A DNA stretch of 64,000 nucleotides from Balanoglossus misakiensis (lineage: Eukaryota; Animalia; Hemichordata), in contig CM082591.2 of assembly GCA_040954595.2 (NCBI GenBank), forward strand, positions 10,805,309 through 10,869,308. Reading direction: 5' to 3'. Under the pieces are notes generated by a model. That model saw only the letters and a list, made by a program, of their open reading frames with translations. It did not search any database and was not told the DNA's origin. The translations under genes and the position numbers were made by a program. Shown here in pieces: positions 44,191 through 57,500 of this stretch (its first letter is position 1; every line of letters starts with the position of its first letter).

Positions 44191-47100
44191 AACAGAATTT
44201 TGTAAACAAACAGGCTGTGTTTGGAAGCAACCATGGAAACTTTAGAACTATCTGTCGATCTACAGAGTCTAGTGGAAAACTTTCTTATGCGCATAGGCCT
44301 ATCATGTGCTCTGCGCATCACAACTGATTTTCTTAAATAACCGAGGCTGTGTTTGGAAGCATCCATGGAAATTTTAGAACTATCCGTCGATCTACCGAGT
44401 CTATCAGAAAACTTTCTCATGCGCATAGGTCTATCGTGTGTTCTGCGCATCACAACAGATTTCCTCAAATAAACGAGGCTGTGTTTGGAAGCAACCATGG
44501 AAATTTTAGAACTATCCGTCGATCTACTGAGTCTAGTGGAAAACTTTCTTATGCGCATAGGCCTATCTATGTGTTCTGCGCATCACAACAGATTTCCTTA
44601 AATAAACGAGGCTGTGTTTGGAAGCAACCATGGAAACTTTAGAACTATCCGTCGATCGACAAAGTCTAGTGGAAAACTTTCTTATGCGCATAGACCTATC
44701 ATGTGTTCTGCGCATCACAACAGAATTTTGTAAACAAACGAGGCCGTGTTTGGAAGCAACCATGGAAACTTTACAACTATCCGTCGATCTACAGAGTCTA
44801 GTGGAAAACTTTGTTATGCGCATAGACCTATCATGTGTTCTGCGCATCACAACAGAATTTTGTAAACAAACGAGGCTGTGTTTGGAAGCAACCATGTAAA
44901 CTTTAGAACTATCCGTCGTTCTACAGAGTCTAGAGGAAAACTTTCTTATGCGCATAGACCTATCATGTGTTCTGCGCATCACAACAGAATTTTGTAAATA
45001 AACGAGGCTGTGTTTGGAAGCAACCATGGAAATTTTAGAACTATCCGTCGATCTACAGAGTCTAGTGGAAAACTTTCTTATGTGCATAGGTCTATCATGT
45101 GTTCTGCGCATCACAACATAATTTTGTAAACAATTGAGGCTGTGTTTGGAAGCAACCATGGAAACTTTAGAACTATCCGTCGATCTACAGAGTCTAGTGG
45201 AAAACTTTCTTATGCGCATAGGCCTATCATGTGTTCTGCGCATCACAACAGAATTTTGTAAACAAACGAGGCTGTGTTTGGAAGCAACCATGGAAATTTT
45301 AGAACTATCCGTCGATCTACAGAGTCTAGTGGAAAACTTTCTTATGTGCATAGGTCTATCATGTGTTCTGCGCATCACAACATAATTTTGTAAACAAACA
45401 GGCTGTGTTTGGAAGCAACCATGGAAACTTTAGAACTATCTGTCGATCTACAGAGTCTAGTGGAAAACTTTCTTATGCGCATAGGCCTATCATGTGCTCT
45501 GCGCATCACAACTGATTTTCTTAAATAACCGAGGCTGTGTTTGGAAGCATCCATGGAAATTTTAGAACTATCCGTCGATCTACCGAGTCTATCAGAAAAC
45601 TTTCTCATGCGCATAGGTCTATCGTGTGTTCTGCGCATCACAACAGATTTCCTCAAATAAACGAGGCTGTGTTTGGAAGCAACCATGGAAATTTTAGAAC
45701 TATCCGTCGATCTACTGAGTCTAGTGGAAAACTTTCTTATGCGCATAGACCTATCATGTGTTCTGCGCATCACAACAGATTTCCTTAAATAAACGAGGCT
45801 GTGTTTGGAAGCAACCATGGAAACTTTAGAACTATCCGTCGATCGACAAAGTCTAGTGGAAAACTTTCTTATGCGCATAGACCTATCATGTGTTCTGCGC
45901 ATCACAACAGAATTTTGTAAACAAACGAGGCCGTGTTTGGAAGCAACCATGGAAACTTTAGAACTATCCGTCGATCTACAGAGTCTAGAGGAAAACTTTC
46001 TTATCCTCATAGGCCTATCATGTGTTCTGCGCATCACAACAGAATTTTGTAAACAAACGAGGCTGTGTTTGGAAGCAACCATGGAAACTTTACAACTATC
46101 CGTCGAACTACAGAGTCTAGTGGAAAACTTTGTTATGCGCATAGACCTATCATGTGTTCTGCGCATCACAACAGAATTTTGTAAACAAACGAGGCTGTGT
46201 TTGGAAGCAACCATGTAAACTTTAGAACTATCCGTCGTTCTACAGAGTCTAGAGGAAAACTTTCTTATGCGCATAGACCTATCATGTGTTCTGCGCATCA
46301 CAACATAATTTTGTAAACAATTGAGGCTGTGTTTGGAAGCAACCATGGAAACTTTTGAACTATCCGTCGATCTACAGAGTCTAGTGGAAAACTTTCTTAT
46401 GCGCATAGACCTATCATGTGTTCTGCGCATCACAACAGAATTTTGTAAACAAACGAGGCTGTGTTTGGAAGCAACCATGGAAACTTTAGAACTATCCGTC
46501 GATCTACAGAGTCTAGTGGAAAACTTTCTTATGCGCATAGACCTATCATGTGTTCTGCGCATCACAACAGAATTTTGTAAACAAACAGGCTGTGTTTGGA
46601 AGCAACCATGGAAACTTTAGAACTATCTGTCGATCTACAGAGTCTAGTGGAAAACTTTCTTATGCGCATAGGCCTATCATGTGCTCTGCGCATCACAACT
46701 GATTTTCTTAAATAACCGAGGCTGTGTTTGGAAGCATCCATGGAAATTTTAGAACTATCCGTCGATCTACCGAGTCTATCAGAAAACTTTCTCATGCGCA
46801 TAGGTCTATCGTGTGTTCTGCGCATCACAACAGATTTCCTCAAATAAACGAGGCTGTGTTTGGAAGCAACCATGGAAATTTTAGAACTATCCGTCGATCT
46901 ACTGAGTCTAGTGGAAAACTTTCTTATGCGCATAGGCCTATCTATGTGTTCTGCGCATCACAACAGATTTCCTTAAATAAACGAGGCTGTGTTTGGAAGC
47001 AACCATGGAAACTTTAGAACTATCCGTCGATCGACAAAGTCTAGTGGAAAACTTTCTTATGCGCATAGACCTATCATGTGTTCTGCGCATCACAACAGAA

Positions 47101-50100
47101 TTTTGTAAACAAACGAGGCCGTGTTTGGAAGCAACCATGGAAACTTTAGAACTATCCGTCGATCTACAGAGTCTAGAGGAAAACTTTCTTATCCTCATAG
47201 GCCTATCATGTGTTCTGCGCATCACAACAGAATTTTGTAAACAAACGAGGCTGTGTTTGGAAGCAACCATGGAAACTTTACAACTATCCGTCGATCTACA
47301 GAGTCTAGTGGAAAACTTTGTTATGCGCATAGACCTATCATGTGTTCTGCGCATCACAACAGAATTTTGTAAACAAACGAGGCTGTGTTTGGAAGCAACC
47401 ATGTAAACTTTAGAACTATCCGTCGTTCTATAGAGTCTAGAGGAAAACTTTCTTATGCGCATAGACCTATCATGTGTTCTGCGCATCACAACAGAATTTT
47501 GTAAATAAACGAGGCTGTGTTTGGAAGCAACCATGGAAATTTTAGAACTATCCGTCGATCTACAGAGTCTAGTGGAAAACTTTCTTATGTGCATAGGTCT
47601 ATCATGTGTTCTGCGCATCACAACATAATTTTGTAAACAATTGAGGCTGTGTTTGGAAGCAACCATGGAAACTTTAGAACTATCCGTCGATCTACAGAGT
47701 CTAGTGGAAAACTTTCTTATGTGCATAGGTCTATCATGTGTTCTGCGCATCACAACAGAATTTTGTAAACAAACAGGCTGTGTTTGGAAGCAACCATGGA
47801 AACTTTAGAACTATCTTTCGATCTACAGAGTCTAGTGGAAAACTTTCTTATGCGCATAGGCCTATCATGTGCTCTGCGCATCACAACTGATTTTCTTAAA
47901 TAACCGAGGCTGTGTTTGGAAGCATCCATGGAAATTTTAGAACTATCCGTCGATCTACCGAGTCTATCAGAAAACTTTCTCATGCGCATAGGTCTATCGT
48001 GTGTTCTGCGCATCACAACAGATTTCCTCAAATAAACGAGGCTGTGTTTGGAAGCAACCATGGAAATTTTAGAACTATCCGTCGATCTACTGAGTCTAGT
48101 GGAAAACTTTCTTATGCGCATAGACCTATCATGTGTTCTGCGCATCACAACAGATTTCCTTAAATAAACGAGGCTGTGTTTGGAAGCAACCATGGAAACT
48201 TTAGAACTATCCGTCGATCGACAAAGTCTAGTGGAAAACTTTCTTATGCGCATAGACCTATCATGTGTTCTGCGCATCACAACAGAATTTTGTAAACAAA
48301 CGAGGCCGTGTTTGGAAGCAACCATGGAAACTTTAGAACTATCCGTCGATCTACAGAGTCTAGAGGAAAACTTTCTTATCCTCATAGGCCTATCATGTGT
48401 TCTGCGCATCACAACAGAATTTTGTAAACAAACGAGGCTGTGTTTGGAAGCAACCATGGAAACTTTACAACTATCCGTCGATCTACAGAGTCTAGTGGAA
48501 AACTTTGTTATGCGCATAGACCTATCATGTGTTCTGCGCATCACAACAGAATTTTGTAAACAAACGAGGCTGTGTTTGGAAGCAACCATGTAAACTTTAG
48601 AACTATCCGTCGTTCTACAGAGTCTAGAGGAAAACTTTCTTATGCGCATAGACCTATCATGTGTTCTGCGCATCACAACATAATTTTGTAAACAATTGAG
48701 GCTGTGTTTGGAAGCAACCATGGAAACTTTTGAACTATCCGTCGATCTACAGAGTCTAGTGGAAAACTTTCTTATGCGCATAGGCCTATCATGTGTTCTG
48801 CGCATCACAACAGAATTTTGTAAACAAACGAGGCTGTGTTTGGAAGCAACCATGGAAATTTTAGAACTATCCGTCGATCTACAGAGTCTAGTGGAAAACT
48901 TTCTTATGTGCATAGGTCTATCATGTGTTCTGCGCATCACAACAGAATTTTGTAAACAAACAGGCTGTGTTTGGAAGCAACCATGGAAACTTTAGAACTA
49001 TCTGTCGATCTACAGAGTCTAGTGGAAAACTTTCTTATGCGCATAGGCCTATCATGTGCTCTGCGCATCACAACTGATTTTCTTAAATAACCGAGGCTGT
49101 GTTTGGAAGCATCCATGGAAATTTTAGAACTATCCGTCGATCTACCGAGTCTATCAGAAAACTTTCTCATGCGCATAGGTCTATCGTGTGTTCTGCGCAT
49201 CACAACAGATTTCCTCAAATAAACGAGGCTGTGTTTGGAAGCAACCATGGAAATTTTAGAACTATCCGTCGATCTACTGAGTCTAGTGGAAAACTTTCTT
49301 ATGCGCATAGGCCTATCTATGTGTTCTGCGCATCACAACAGATTTCCTTAAATAAACGAGGCTGTGTTTGGAAGCAACCATGGAAACTTTAGAACTATCC
49401 GTCGATCGACAAAGTCTAGTGGAAAACTTTCTTATGCGCATAGACCTATCATGTGTTCTGCGCATCACAACAGAATTTTGTAAACAAACGAGGCCGTGTT
49501 TGGAAGCAACCATGGAAACTTTAGAACTATCCGTCGATCTACAGAGTCTAGAGGAAAACTTTCTTATCCTCATAGGCCTATCATGTGTTCTGCGCATCAC
49601 AACAGAATTTTGTAAACAAACGAGGCTGTGTTTGGAAGCAACCATGGAAACTTTACAACTATCCGTCGATCTACAGAGTCTAGTGGAAAACTTTGTTATG
49701 CGCATAGACCTATCATGTGTTCTGCGCATCACAACAGAATTTTGTAAACAAACGAGACTGTGTTTGGAAGCAACCATGTAAACTTTAGAACTATCCGTCG
49801 TTCTACAGAGTCTAGAGGAAAACTTTCTTATGCGCATAGACCTATCATGTGTTCTGCGCATCACAACAGAATTTTGTAAATAAACGAGGCTGTGTTTGGA
49901 AGCAACCATGGAAATTTTAGAACTATCCGTCGATCTACAGAGTCTAGTGGAAAACTTTCTTATGTGCATAGGTCTATCATGTGTTCTGCGCATCACAACA
50001 TAATTTTGTAAACAATTGAGGCTGTGTTTGGAAGCAACCATGGAAACTTTAGAACTATCCGTCGATCTACAGAGTCTAGTGGAAAACTTTCTTATGCGCA

Positions 50101-51560
50101 TAGGCCTATCATGTGTTCTGCGCATCACAACAGAATTTTGTAAACAAACGAGGCTGTGTTTGGAAGCAACCATGGAAATTTTAGAACTATCCGTCGATCT
50201 ACAGAGTCTAGTGGAAAACTTTCTTATGTGCATAGGTCTATCATGTGTTCTGCGCATCACAACATAATTTTGTAAACAATTGAGGCTGTGTTTGGAAGCA
50301 ACCATGGAAACTTTACAACTATCCGTCGATCTATAGAGTCCAGTGGAAAACTTTCTTATGCGCATAGACCTATCATGTGTTCTGCGCATCACAACAGAAT
50401 TTTGTAAACAAACGAGGCTGTGTTTGGAAGCAACAATGGAAACTTTAGAACTATCCGTCGATCTACAGAGTCTAGTGGAAAACTTTCTTATGCGCATAGA
50501 CCTATCATGTGTTCTGCGCATCACAACAGAATTTTGTAAACAAACGAGGCTGTGTTTGGAGGCAACAATGGAAACTTTAGAACTATCCGTCGATCTACAG
50601 AGTCTAGTGGAAAACTTTCTTATGCGCATAGACCTATCATGTGTTCTGCGCATCACAACAGAATTTTGTAAACAAACGAGGCTGTGTTTGGAAGCAACCA
50701 TGGAAACTTTAGAACTATCCGTCGTTCTACAGAGTCTAGAGGAAAACTTTCTTATCCTCATAGGCCTATCATGTGTTCTGTGCATCACAACAGAATTTTG
50801 TAAACAAACGAGGCTGTGTTTGGAAGCAACCATGGAAACTTTAGAACTATCCGTCGATCTACAGAGTCTAGTGGAAAACTTTCTTATGCGCATAGACCTA
50901 TCATGTGTTCTGCGCATCACAACAGAATTTTGTAAACAATCGAGGCTGTGTTTGGAAGCAACCATGGAAACTTTAGAACTATCCGTCGATCTACAGAGTC
51001 TAGTGGAAAACTTTCTTATGCGCATAGACCTATCATGTGTTCTGCGCATCACAACAGAATTTTGTAAACAAACAGGCTGTGTTTGGAAGCAACCATGGAA
51101 ACTTTAGAACTATCTGTCGATCTACCGAGTCTATCAGAAAACTTTCTCATGCGCATAGGTCTATCGTGTGTTCTGCGCATCACAACAGATTTCCTCAAAT
51201 AAACGAGGCTGTGTTTGGAAGCAACCATGGAAATTTTAGAACTATCCGTCGATCTACTGAGTCTAGTGGAAAACTTTCTTATGCGCATAGGCCTATCTAT
51301 GTGTTCTGCGCATCACAACAGATTTCCTTAAATAAACGAGGCTGTGTTTGGAAGCAACCATGGAAACTTTAGAACTATCCGTCGATCGACAAAGTCTAGT
51401 GGAAAACTTTCTTATGCGCATAGACCTATCATGTGTTCTGCGCATCACAACAGAATTTTGTAAACAAACGAGGCCGTGTTTGGAAGCAACCATGGAAACT
51501 TTAGAACTATCCGTCGATCTACAGAGTCTAGAGGAAAACTTTCTTATCCTCATAGGCCTA
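44187..51560 (+). repeat. HOR domain C: alternating 1188/1187-bp 9-mers forming a 2375-bp 18-mer
   Basis: -G markers after 44211, 45399, 46586, 47774 and 48961 (spacings 1188, 1187, 1188, 1187). +T only in alternate units (44568, 46943, 49318). Domain variants CCATGTAAAC, AAACAATTGAGG and ACTGATTTTCTT. Confidence 0.85.
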
Positions 51561-54500
51561 TCATGTGTTCTGCGCATCACAACAGAATTTTGTAAACAAA
51601 CGAGGCTGTGTTTGGAAGCAACCATGGAAACTTTACAACTATCCGTCGATCTACAGAGTCTAGTGGAAAACTTTGTTATGCGCATAGACCTATCATGTGT
51701 TCTGCGCATCACAACAGAATTTTGTAAACAAACGAGGCTGTGTTTGGAAGCAACCATGTAAACTTTAGAACTATCCGTCGTTCTACAGAGTCTAGAGGAA
51801 AACTTTCTTATGCGCATAGACCTATCATGTGTTCTGCGCATCACAACAGAATTTTGTAAATAAACGAGGCTGTGTTTGGAAGCAACCATGGAAATTTTAG
51901 AACTATTCGTCGATCTACAGAGTCTAGTGGAAAACTTTCTTATGTGCATAGGTCTATCATGTGTTCTGCGCATCACAACATAATTTTGTAAACAATTGAG
52001 GCTGTGTTTGGAAGCAACCATGGAAACTTTAGAACTATCCGTCGATCTACAGAGTCTAGTGGAAAACTTTCTTATGCGCATAGGCCTATCATGTGTTCTG
52101 CGCATCACAACAGAATTTTGTAAACAAACGAGGCTGTGTTTGGAAGCAACCATGGAAACTTTACAACTATCCGTCGATCTACAGAGTCTAGTGGAAAACT
52201 TTGTTATGCGCATAGACCTATCATGTGTTCTGCGCATCACAACAGAATTTTGTAAACAAACGAGGCTGTGTTTGGAAGCAACCATGTAAACTTTAGAACT
52301 ATCCGTCGTTCTACAGAGTCTAGAGGAAAACTTTCTTATGCGCATAGACCTATCATGTGTTCTGCGCATCACAACAGAATTTTGTAAATAAACGAGGCTG
52401 TGTTTGGAAGCAACCATGGAAATTTTAGAACTATCCGTCGATCTACAGAGTCTAGTGGAAAAATTTCTTATGTGCATAGGTCTATCATGTGTTCTGCGCA
52501 TCACAACATAATTTTGTAAACAATTGAGGCTGTGTTTGGAAGCAACCATGGAAGCTTTAGAACTATCCGTCGATCTACAGAGTCTAGTGGAAAACTTTCT
52601 TATGCGCATAGGCCTATCATGTGTTCTGCGCATCACAACAGAATTCGGTAAATAAAGGAGGGTGTGTTTGGAAGCAACCATGGAAACTTTAGAACTATCC
52701 GTCGATCGACAGAGTCTAGTGGAAAACTTTCTTATCCTCATAGGCCTATCATGTGTTCTGCGCATCACAACAGAATTTTGTAAACAAACGAGGCTGTGTT
52801 TGGAAGCAACCATGGAAACTTTAGAACTATCCGTCGATCTACAGAGTCTAGAGGAAAACTTTCTTATCCTCATAGGCCTATCATGTGTTCTGCGCATCAC
52901 AACAGAATTTTGTAAACAAACGAGGCTGTGTTTGGAAGCAACCTCTGAAACTTTAGAACTATCCGTCGATCTACAGAGTCCAGTGGAAAACTTTCTTATG
53001 CGCATAGACCTATCACGTGTTCTGCGCATCACAACAGAATTTTGTAAACAAACGAGGCTGTGTTTAGAAGCAACCATGGAAACTTTAGAACTATCCGTCG
53101 ATCTACAGAGTCTAGTGGAAAACTTTCTTATACGCATAGACCTATCATGTGTTCTGCGCATCACAACAGAATTTTGTAAACAAACGAGGCTGTGTTTGGA
53201 AGCAACCATGGAAACTTTAGAACTATCCGTCGATCTACAGAGTCTAGTGGAAAACTTTCTTATGCGCATAGACCTATCATGTGTTCTGCGCATCACAACA
53301 GAATTTTGTAAACAAACAGGCTGTGTTTGGAAGCAACCATGGAAACTTTAGAACTATCTGTCGATCTACAGAGTCTAGTGGAAAACTTTCTTATGCGCAT
53401 AGGCCTATCATGTGCTCTGCGCATCACAACTGATTTCCTTAAATAACCGAGGCTGTGTTTGGAAGCATCCATTGAAATTTTAGAACTATCCGTCGATCTA
53501 CCGAGTCTATCAGAAAACTTTCTCATGCGCATAGGTCTATCGTGTGTTCTGCGCATCACAACAGATTTCCTCAAATAAAGGAGGCTGTGTTTGGAAGCAA
53601 CCATGGAAATTTTAGAACTATCCGTCGATCGACAAAGTCTAGTGGAAAACTTTCTTATGCGCATAGACCTATCATGTGTTCTGCGCATCACAACAGAATT
53701 TTGTAAACAAACGAGGCCGTGTTTGGAAGCAACCATGGAAACTTTAGAACTATCCGTCGATCTACAGAGTCTAGAGGAAAACTTTCTTATACTCATAGGC
53801 CTATCATGTGTTCTGCGCATCACAACAGAATTTTGTAAACAAACGAGGCTGTGTTTGGAAGCAACCATGGAAACTTTAGAACTATCCGTCGATCTACAGA
53901 GTCTAGTGGAAAACTTTCTTATGCACATAGACCTATCATGTGTTCTGCGCATCACAACAGAATTTTGTAAACAAACGAGGCTGTGTTTGGAAGCAACCAT
54001 GGAAACTTTACAACTATCCGTCGATCTACAGAGTCTAGTGGAAAACTTTGTTATGCGCATAGACCTATCATGTGTTCTGCGCATCACAACAGAATTTTGT
54101 AAACAAACGAGGCTGTGTTTGGAAGCAACCATGTAAACTTTAGAACTATCCGTCGTTCTACAGAGTCTAGAGGAAAACTTTCTTATGCGCATAGACCTAT
54201 CATGTGTTCTGCGCATCACAACAGAATTTTGTAAATAAACGAGGCTGTGTTTGGAAGCAACCATGGAAATTTTAGAACTATCCGTCGATCTACAGAGTCT
54301 AGTGGAAAACTTTCTTATGTGCATAGGTCTATCATGTGTTCTGCGCATCACAACATAATTTTGTAAACAATCGAGGCTGTGTTTGGAAGCAACCATGGAA
54401 ACTTTAGAACTATCCGTCGATCTACAGAGTCTAGTGGAAAACTTTCTTATGCGCATAGGCCTATCATGTGTTCTGCGCATCACAACAGAATTCGGTAAAT

Positions 54501-57500
54501 AAAGGAGGGTGTGTTTGGAAGCAACCATGGAAACTTTAGAACTATCCGTCGATCGACAGAGTCTAGTGGAAAACTTTCTTATCCTCATAGGCCTATCATG
54601 TGTTCTGCGCATCACAACAGAATTTTGTAAACAAACGAGGCTGTGTTTGGAAGCAACCATGGAAACTTTAGAACTATCCGTCGATCTACAGAGTCTAGAG
54701 GAAAACTTTCTTATCCTCATAGGCCTATCATGTGTTCTGCGCATCACAACAGAATTTTGTAAACAAACGAGGCTGTGTTTGGAAGCAACCTCTGAAACTT
54801 TAGAACTATCCGTCGATCTACAGAGTCCAGTGGAAAACTTTCTTATGCGCATAGACCTATCATGTGTTCTGCGCATCACAACAGAATTTTGTAAACAAAC
54901 GAGGCTGTGTTTGGAAGCAACCATGGAAACTTTAGAACTATCCGTCGATCTACAGAGTCTAGTGGAAAACTTTCTTATCCTCATAGGCCTATCATGTGTT
55001 CTGCGCATCACAACAGAATTTTGTAAACAAACGAGGATGTGTTTGGAAGCAACCATGGAAATTTTAGACTATCCGTCGATCTACAGAGTCTAGTGGAAAA
55101 CTTTCTTATGTGCATAGGTCTATCATGTGTTCTGCGCATCACAACATAATTTTGTAAACAATCGAGGCTGTGTTTGGAAGCAACCATGGAAACTTTAGAA
55201 CTATCCGTCGATCTACAGAGTCTAGTGGAAAACTTTCTTATGCGCATAGACCTATCATGTGTTCTGCGCATCACAACAGAATTCTGTAAACAAACAGGCT
55301 GTGTTTGGAAGCAACCATGGAAACTTTAGAACTATCCGTCGATCTACATAGTCTAGTGGAAAACTTTCTTATCCTCATAGACCTATCATGTGTTCTGTGC
55401 ATCACAACAGAATTTTGTAAACAAACGAGGCCGTGTTTGGAAGCAACCATGGAAACTTTAGAACTATCCGTCGATCTACAGAGTCTAGAGAAAAACTTTC
55501 TTATCCTCATAGGCCTATCATGTGTTCTGCGCATCACAACAGAATTTTGTAAACAAACGAGGATGTGTTTGGAAGCAACCATGGAAATTTTAGAACTATC
55601 CGTCGATCTACAGAGTCTAGTGGAAAACTTTCTTATGTGCATAGGTCTATCATGTGTTCTGCGCATCACAACAGAATTTTGTAAACAAACGAGGCTGTGT
55701 TTGGAAGCAACCATGGAAACTTTACAACTATCCGTCGATCTACAGAGTCTAGTGGAAAACTTTGTTATGCGCATAGACCTATCATGTGTTCTGCGCATCA
55801 CAACAGAATTTTGTAAACAAACGAGGCTGTGTTTGGAAGCAACCATGTAAACTTTAGAACTATCCGTCGTTCTACAGAGTCTAGAGGAAAACTTTCTTAT
55901 GCGCATAGACCTATCATGTGTTCTGCGCATCACAACAGAATTTTGTAAATAAACGAGGCTGTGTTTGGAAGCAACCATGGAAATTTTAGAACTATTCGTC
56001 GATCTACAGAGTCTAGTGGAAAACTTTCTTATGTGCATAGGTCTATCATGTGTTCTGCGCATCACAACATAATTTTGTAAACAATTGAGGCTGTGTTTGG
56101 AAGCAACCATGGAAACTTTAGAACTATCCGTCGATCTACAGAGTCTAGTGGAAAACTTTCTTATGCGCATAGGCCTATCATGTGTTCTGCGCATCACAAC
56201 AGAATTTTGTAAACAAACGAGGCTGTGTTTGGAAGCAACCATGGAAACTTTACAACTATCCGTCGATCTACAGAGTCTAGTGGAAAACTTTGTTATGCGC
56301 ATAGACCTATCATGTGTTCTGCGCATCACAACAGAATTTTGTAAACAAACGAGGCTGTGTTTGGAAGCAACCATGTAAACTTTAGAACTATCCGTCGTTC
56401 TACAGAGTCTAGAGGAAAACTTTCTTATGCGCATAGACCTATCATGTGTTCTGCGCATCACAACAGAATTTTGTAAATAAACGAGGCTGTGTTTGGAAGC
56501 AACCATGGAAATTTTAGAACTATCCGTCGATCTACAGAGTCTAGTGGAAAAATTTCTTATGTGCATAGGTCTATCATGTGTTCTGCGCATCACAACATAA
56601 TTTTGTAAACAATTGAGGCTGTGTTTGGAAGCAACCATGGAAGCTTTAGAACTATCCGTCGATCTACAGAGTCTAGTGGAAAACTTTCTTATGCGCATAG
56701 GCCTATCATGTGTTCTGCGCATCACAACAGAATTCGGTAAATAAAGGAGGGTGTGTTTGGAAGCAACCATGGAAACTTTAGAACTATCCGTCGATCGACA
56801 GAGTCTAGTGGAAAACTTTCTTATCCTCATAGGCCTATCATGTGTTCTGCGCATCACAACAGAATTTTGTAAACAAACGAGGCTGTGTTTGGAAGCAACC
56901 ATGGAAACTTTAGAACTATCCGTCGATCTACAGAGTCTAGAGGAAAACTTTCTTATCCTCATAGGCCTATCATGTGTTCTGCGCATCACAACAGAATTTT
57001 GTAAACAAACGAGGCTGTGTTTGGAAGCAACCTCTGAAACTTTAGAACTATCCGTCGATCTACAGAGTCCAGTGGAAAACTTTCTTATGCGCATAGACCT
57101 ATCACGTGTTCTGCGCATCACAACAGAATTTTGTAAACAAACGAGGCTGTGTTTAGAAGCAACCATGGAAACTTTAGAACTATCCGTCGATCTACAGAGT
57201 CTAGTGGAAAACTTTCTTATACGCATAGACCTATCATGTGTTCTGCGCATCACAACAGAATTTTGTAAACAAACGAGGCTGTGTTTGGAAGCAACCATGG
57301 AAACTTTAGAACTATCCGTCGATCTACAGAGTCTAGTGGAAAACTTTCTTATGCGCATAGACCTATCATGTGTTCTGCGCATCACAACAGAATTTTGTAA
57401 ACAAACAGGCTGTGTTTGGAAGCAACCATGGAAACTTTAGAACTATCTGTCGATCTACAGAGTCTAGTGGAAAACTTTCTTATGCGCATAGGCCTATCAT

